Source: Rhina ancylostomus (lineage: Eukaryota). Taken from it: a stretch of 64,000 nt of DNA. Under the pieces are notes generated by a model. The model saw only the letters and a program-made list of their open reading frames with translations. It was not told the DNA's origin and searched no databases. Positions 1-64,000 of the stretch are shown here, in pieces. Location: NCBI GenBank assembly GCA_030265395.1, contig JARFYF010000017.1, positions 17,972,052-18,036,051 on the forward strand, read 5' to 3'. The position numbers and the translations under genes are program-made. How positions within the stretch are numbered: the first letter of the stretch is position 1; every line of letters starts with the position of its first letter.

Positions 1-725
1 AATTGCAGAGAAGGGGGAAGGAATAGAGAAATCAAAGGAAATATCTCTGATTAGATGGAGACCAAGAGAGTTTGAATGATACAATAGCTGGTGCTACCAA
101 CTGAGAGAGAACAGTGAAGGCGAGTTATGATCTGCTTGGAGGAGATATAAATTGAAGGTAGAGGAACCACAAACAAGTTTGTAGCTGTCAGTTACGGACT
201 GAAGCAGCAAAATACTACAGGTGTTGAAAATCTGAAATAAAATCAGAGGATGTTGGGTAGCATCTGTGGGAAGAGAAGAACATTTTGAGAGCCAGTTTTG
301 ATATATTTTGGAAAGGGTGGTAATCTGGAATTGTTAAATTTAATATTAAATCCTGAGGGCTAAAACATGCCAAGTCAGAAGATGATCTTTTGTTCCTTGA
401 GTTTACATTGAGCTGTACTGAAACAAAGTAGAAGGCCAAGGATTGAAGTCATAGAAGGAGTGGGACAGAGAATTAAAAAGAACGGTAATCGGAGGCTTAG
501 GGTCATTCTGGAGGACTGAACAGAGGTGTTCTGCAATGTAATCATCTAATCTACCTTTGGTTTCTCCAATGCAGAGGAGGCCACATTGTAAGAATTGAAT
601 CGAGTGCACTGAAGCAGAAGAGGTACAACTGAACCACTGCTTCCACTGGATGGTAAAAGGACAATTGTTACATCTCCTGCAGTTACTTGGGAAGGTGCTG
701 TGTGAAGGAGGAGGAAGAGTGGTCT
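1..725 (-). mobile_element. degraded Penelope-like element, GIY-YIG endonuclease end plus terminal-repeat remnant
   Basis: ORF 403..609 (QCGLLCIGETKGRLDDYIAEHLCSV...FNSLSHS) matches the PLE GIY-YIG motif C.LLYIGET.RRL..RFAEHL. The 210-280 segment resembles the aatctgaaataaaa...agcatctgtgg repeat seen elsewhere in the window. Confidence 0.75.
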
Positions 726-1389
726 AAAACATCAAGGGAGAACAGTTTCGGTCAATTATTTCTCTGACATTTGTGTTTATTTCATATTTCCAGCAACTGT
801 AATTCTTTTGCTTTTTAGGTTCCATGTAAATCTTGCCAAAGCAGGCCTCACATTTATAGCATAGACCTGCACCTGCACGTGGACCATGCATTCTGGCTCT
901 CACATCATGGAAACGGCACCCAGACATGCACGTGTTATGCATTGTTCAGTTGGTACCATGCAGTGCTGAGCACCTGCATGCGCAAGCACATCAAACACAG
1001 GGAGAACCCAGAAGAAAAATTGCAAACTTTGATTAGTACAATTGTTTTTCTGATAAAATTCCATCGTGTAGTATACAAGTCTTATGCTACAGGATGCTTT
1101 TGGATAAGAAGTTGAAATAAAATCCACTACTTTCAGGGGTTTTAAAGAGTCGGTCATATTATCCAAGGAGAGAGGTAAAATGTTCTCCTTGATCCCTGGG
1201 CACTTCAACACCATTCAAAAATGAAATGACTTTCTCATCAACCACCTTGTTACTGTTTATGGACCTATTCTATGCGTAGTTCCATAAACAGCTTGTGTAT
1301 CTGTCCTGCACTCACCACACGATGAGTGTTCAAACTCATTCAGTGCCCATTCCCAATCTGCCACCATAATTAAACAGAACCAACTACAC

Positions 1390-2918
1390 AATTGAAAGAT
1401 ATTCACTTACTGTTTATTTTGCCTGAAATTATTTCACATCTCTTTGTACAACAGCTACAGAACAGTAGTAAACCATCTGATAAAAGCAACAGTGCTGATG
1501 ATAAACCATGGATGCATTTTTTTAAAACTTTTTTTCCACGCCTGCATCTTCATGCAGTTCGAGACTCGATGCAGCATTCTGGAACATAAACCTGATTAAG
1601 ACTTAACCAATTCAAAACAAAAGGGAAAGTGAAAAAGCTACCTGGCAACAAGGTATAAAACAAAGAAGCCCGGTCTCCATTCTTGGATAATTTACATACA
1701 AAACAAAATAAAAAGGTACATGTTACAATCTTTTTTTATGTGTGTTTTTTTCTGAGATGCTGTAAATTTTGCAATGTAGCAACCATGCCAAAAATGACAA
1801 AGATAATTTTGCTTTATACAACAATGGCTCATATGAAACAAAGGCAACGGAAAATAATAAAGGCATTCCCTTACTGCAAGGAATGCTTATAGTGGTTGCT
1901 ATCACAAAAAAAAGTGAAGCTATTGTTTTTGAGAGGAGGATTTCTACGAGGGCCATGCAAATCATACATGCATGTTGGAACTATGCACTACTCAGGGAAA
2001 GAGGGCAGGGAAGAAAATTTAAATAGGGTGAAACATTTAAGAAAAAAAATGAAGTTACAAAGTTTTTTTTGTTAAAACTCTTGGATGCAGATGGCTTTGG
2101 TGGAACCTCATCACAACTTCAGAAAAATGATTGGCAATTTGGTCTTTGTAAAGAAAAGTCTGTTGCTTATTTTCCTTCAAAGTTCCAGTCTCTTCATCAG
2201 AGGTGAAGCAGAAAACTTATCCTTTGTTATTTTCTGAATCTTGCACAAACTGCGGTGATCCAAAAGGACAGACAAGAAAAGTTCATCAAGGCAAAGGAAA
2301 ACCACTTAAAGGAGAGCTTCCAGGCTACCAGACAGCCAAAATAACTAGTTTTTACAGTACTATACGCAAAAAACAGGTAAAAGAATTACAATCCATAAAT
2401 AAGTGTCAGGTCCCAGACCTGTCATGTGAACAATTTTTAAATATGTGTGTTTATGTAAAATTTATGTACAAAACAAAAAAGAATTATTACTTTGCATATC
2501 ACTGCAAGGATTTAGGATGGCAAAGGTAATGTATCCATCAAATAACTGCTATCTTCAGCCAAAGACAATCGTGCGAACTTCCAAATTGGTTTGACATTGG
2601 TCCGTTCAAGTAGACGAAATAAACAAGAGAGGAATATATCTTTTCACACACAGCGTAAGCACAAAGGCAATTAATGACCAGGGAGGTTCCTCTTGTGGCC
2701 GGTTTGCTGCTACACAATTTTTCATCTTCAGAAATCAAAAAAGCATTAAGAATGAACCAGGGTCCACAAGGAACCCAGCAGTGTACAGGCCTCTGGTGAA
2801 AGAACCCGAGCTGGCGATCTCAGCACTCCCTGACCCAAGGTAAAAATGCTGGAAAAAGTTTCTTTTTTCTGATCCTTCCACAAAACAATCTTTTCACGGT
2901 GACCATCGTGTGAGGAAT
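1390..2918 (-). other. cmip: probable cmip 3'UTR (~1.5 kb; distal end approximate)
   Basis: Repeat-free, U-rich sequence after the stop codon, ending near an AATAAA at 1418-1413. The end is inferred. Confidence 0.6.
1413..1418 (-). promoter_or_regulatory. candidate polyadenylation signal AATAAA
   Basis: tttatt on the + strand at the distal end of the UTR-like region. Confidence 0.55.
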
Positions 2919-59947
<57,029 letters not shown>

Positions 59948-62834
59948 TCATTTGGCAAAATATTTGTTCTTATAATTGAGGAAACACAGGTCACCATTTT
60001 CACGGTAAAATATTAGACAAACCTAATTTTATCTTGGTAGAGGGAAGGGAGAGAATTTTTGTTACAGGACATTTAAAATAATTTATGTGTCTTCAAGCAA
60101 GTAAACAAATTGCTGGCCAAGTAACCTTTTCATATCTCTTTAAAGAGGGATTGATAGTGTTTCTACATCATGAGATCTGCTTAAGTACAGAGAGGACCTT
60201 AAGCATAGAGGGTGCGAACGCTTAAATTCCATTCAGACTAAGAGACCACGACAGCTCATTCAGTTGATTTTTGTCAAAAAGAAACTGAACTCCCTTGATA
60301 AATATAACATTTAAAACACTTAATAACATACAGAACTGCAACACCAGGAAGAGCTTCTATAATTGCTTCTCTACACTAGCCACTGCTTCCCCTTTGTATT
60401 GTGTACTATGGGGAGTGTGTTACTGTAAGCAATGTGATCCACACAAAATTTCCACTTATTTATTATAACAAATATTTAAAGGGGAAAATCTTATGAATAA
60501 ACTCACAAACTCAAATAAGGATCATCATAATGCATCCACTGTAGATTTTGCTACCACGTTAATAAAACGTTCTTCAGATTACACCAAGGCGGCGAGAGAA
60601 GCTGAACTAAAGTTATTTTTCAATAAGTGACTAACCAGGTGAATCAGAATGATTCAGCTCAGAATGACCACACTTAGATAAATATCCCTGATTATATAAC
60701 TTGAACCTTAATGCATATATATCTTTACAAATGACTCTGGTACAGTCTATTCATTCACATTTCAATGTATAGAAGTGAAAAATCAGGTGCACGTTTGTAA
60801 AAGGGTATATAAATGTAAACATACTCCATGTGTTGATAATTCATTTTTATTCTGCAAGGAAATACTTTGAGCAGGATGTGATGAGACAATTTTTTAAAGG
60901 TGCAGCCTATTCCTTCAGTGGTTTCTGAACTTGCAAATGCTGTTGCAACCAAAGGCTGGTTATAACTGTGCTACAGGTAGCTGTCATCATAGCTAATGAC
61001 AGGTGGCAGTCACAGAATTAAGGCTGCTTTCCCAGAACTCCTTATATAATTATAACAATTATACCAGTCACCTGATAGAAATGGCTGTTTGATGTGACAA
61101 GTTCAATCCCAGTATCACTGAATGGCCCTTTTAATCACATTTTAATGTCTATCCCACCTTATACAAGTGGTCCATGACAGTACCATTGCATCAAATTGGC
61201 ATTTTTGAAATGTTCTTTGAGTCAGGGAGGAAATATCAAAGGGACAACTTTATGTGGCCAGTGACAGCATCTGTCAGAATCAGGAGACAGCATCTAGATG
61301 ACTTGCATCACAAAATAAATGCTAACAGACTTGAATTACTGTCAGAATCAGTGCCTGGTGTGCTCAAATGATGGATTGATGACTTAGAATGTTTTGTTTG
61401 CAAATATAAAAAGGAGTAGGTGGTGTAAATGCTCTGCCCAACAACTTTTTACACCAAGTTTGGTTCATTTTACAGTGGTTTTTCAATTCAGGCAAATGCT
61501 AATAGATTTTCAGAAAATTGATGATTTCTGGTAGGATCTGCTTAAAAGTTACCCCATTGATAAAATTGGAGAAAGATATAGGCATTTTACAACAAATTTA
61601 TAATGGATAGGAGGTCATGCTGCCATTTTGATTGCCTGGGATTATTCTTGGGTATAAATGGAGTAACTTATTTAAAATAGTTCTGGAAAGTTAACCAACT
61701 TGGAATCTCTTGACATGCTCCTTAAAAATCAGGTTTCCAAATGAAACTATTACAATGTGTCAATGAAATAACACTGCTCTCTATGTCTTTAGTGAGAATA
61801 AGTGAGAACTAATTTTAAAATCTATGTTATTCCAATCATGCACAAAATGTTATTAATCTCTGATTCTTTTGGTTGTATTAGTCAGTCAGCGACAATGCAT
61901 CTTATGATATGGATGAAATTTAATTTCCAAGGTGGGACCAGCTCCCAGAAGCACAAATGGCCCAACTCAACAACACTCCCAGCTAAAGCAGGACAGCCTG
62001 CATGTTATCATGTCTTACATCACACAATCACCAGCCTCTACCACCCCAACCCCCATGATAGAACTGGATAATCATGCAAAAAATATTTTACATAAAACAT
62101 AATACTCCTCCAGATGCCCATAAAACATAGCAGTCATCTAGAAATTGCAGAGCTAGATTAATTGGTGGTTCTTTCAGAGAACTAGCACAGACATGATGGG
62201 CCAAAGGTGGTCCTATGCTGTGTCAATCAGTGAAAAGGATACCCTAAGTCCACATGTAGTTCATTTCAACGTGGTAACATACAGTTAAATTTTGAAGGGA
62301 AAGCTGGTATCTGCTTGGCTGGAACTTGTTTTCTGATAGCCCACTTCAGCAGCTTCAACTCCTACTGTTTACTGTTTGCAGAGGGCTGCCAACTTTCAGA
62401 AAGTCTCAGCAACATAACACAATTTCAACTCCAGCCCCTCACATGGACCTTTCTTCCTATGTCACAAAGAAACTTAACGCTCTTTGATATTTGCATGCTT
62501 TCTTTTTCAATAGCAGAAAGGTTAAAGAGAGCAAAACAAAAAATAACTACAGGAAATAGAAATTATAATGGGAAATGCAAGTTCATAATTAAACATGTTA
62601 AAAGATATTTGACAAAAAGAGAATGTTTGTCCAAATGGTGAGCCAATCCCAAAATTCAGGAATCTGTCTAAAGTAGATCTGATGAAAGAAAGCTCAGATG
62701 TAGATTTGTACTCAGCTGGTATAACCCAGAGCTTAAAGACACTTCCATACAGCTGCAGAATATATATGAACATAGGAACTGAGAGCAGAAGAAGACCTCT
62801 CAGCCCCTTTAGCCTGCAATGCCATTTTTTCTTC

Positions 62835-63850
62835 TCTGGCAGTCCCTCAGGATTGAAGAGGACTGGTCATCATACCTGTTCTCTGTGTTCTCAGCTGGCT
62901 GATCAGGCTAATGTGGGAAGTACAGGCTCCTCTACCGATGGGAGAAGGGTTATCTGACAGGGTAGGTGCATGAGTAGTTTGAGAAGTGGTGTCCCCAGTG
63001 CATGGAATCAAGGTTCCAAATACCACCTGAATGCTCCTTCTCCACCAGAGGTTCTTCACCAGAGGTTCCCAGCAATCAGTAGGGATGTTGCATTTCTTCA
63101 AGGAGACTTCGACCAAATCTTGGATCTTTTCCTGTCCACTTGGTAATCATGTCTTGTGACAAAGCACAGCGCAGAGTGCCTGTTTCTGAAGCCTGGAGTT
63201 GGGCATGGAAATTATGTAGCCTGCCCAAAAAAGATGACTCAGTGTTGGTGGGAGAGTTTGCTTATCCTTCTTGTGAATTGGGAAAGCTATGTAGTAAAGC
63301 ATTGCCGGTATCTTTCCAGTGCCTACAGGTGCCTGCTCTAGGTCGTTCAGGTTTCAAAGGCATACAGAAGGGCAGGTACTACTGCCTGGTAGACCAAGAG
63401 TTTTGTGCCAGGTCTGAGTCTTGATCTTCAAACCACCTTTTCCTTAATTGACCAAAGGTTGTGGTGGAGCAGTGATGGTAATGGTGAATTGTCTCATTGA
63501 TGTCTGCCTTCCCTGAGGGGTGGCTCCTGAGATATAGGAAGCAGTTTAAGTTTTCCATGGCCTCACTGCAAACCTTCTTGTTGCAGGGTGTATGCTGCAG
63601 CGGGGCAAGTCTGTAGGGGACTTTTGCCTTGTGGACTTTGAGTGGAAGGCCCATTCTCTGGAGTCATTCTGTGGATGAGTCGATAATGATTGAAGCTCAG
63701 CCTCCAAGGGCACACAAAAACAGGTGTTGTCTGCACACATTTGTCAATCAATAACAAACACACTGTTTCATCAGAGGGACAAGAATACCACTTCATGGCA
63801 ACACACCTGGTCCAGGCACTGGCATCCATTAGGTTGTCATCCAAGTGAAT
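62835..63850 (-). mobile_element. RTE-clade LINE 3' portion
   Basis: ORFs MENLNCFLYLRSHPSGKADINETIHH...FGQLRKRWFEDQD and SLKKCNIPTDCWEPL...GACTSHISLISQLRTQRTG. Confidence 0.85.
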
Positions 63851-64000
63851 GACCACAAAAACTCCACTTCACCTGCGCCATGACAAATACTGATGACTAC
63901 TGGACTGGCCATGGCCTAATCCACCTCATTATCTCCATTAATATTGCCCCATAATAGCAATGTTAGCAGCAGCATTTAATCAAGAAATTCGTTCCTGCTA

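Noticed and set aside
860-995. Two CACGTG E-boxes and an NRF1-like gcatgcgca downstream of the gene
   Set aside because: Too few motifs and no CpG island or other support for a promoter.

Overview
AT-rich, repeat-dense vertebrate genomic DNA from a draft assembly with 9 N-gaps. The repeat set (HE1/V-type SINEs, many CR1, Penelope, RTE, Rex1/Babar and Deu-domain SINE remnants) points to a cartilaginous fish, possibly a batoid; this is inference. The window is almost entirely the 3' part of one minus-strand gene, cmip (c-Maf-inducing protein). I traced 17 coding exons by hand between 59863 and the stop at 2919, all with GT..AG boundaries and consistent reading phases, from KKIYKYKK... through the C-terminal LRRs to ...EVDVRYTEAW*. 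A ~1.5 kb 3'UTR follows. Exon numbers follow human CMIP as I recall it, exons 4-21. The equivalent of human exon 16 (about 47 aa, phase 0-0) is not visible and may sit in the gap at 15735-15792. The other ORFs in the track are transposon debris or chance ORFs. I found no convincing new biological system. The best leads are the missing in-frame exon, a Ser/Thr repeat insertion in exon 10, a dense MEIS plus PBX-HOX motif cluster, an inverted LINE-tail pair around exon 6, and decayed Penelope-type hammerhead-like cores. Repeat boundaries are approximate, and family calls come from recalled motifs, not from database searches.
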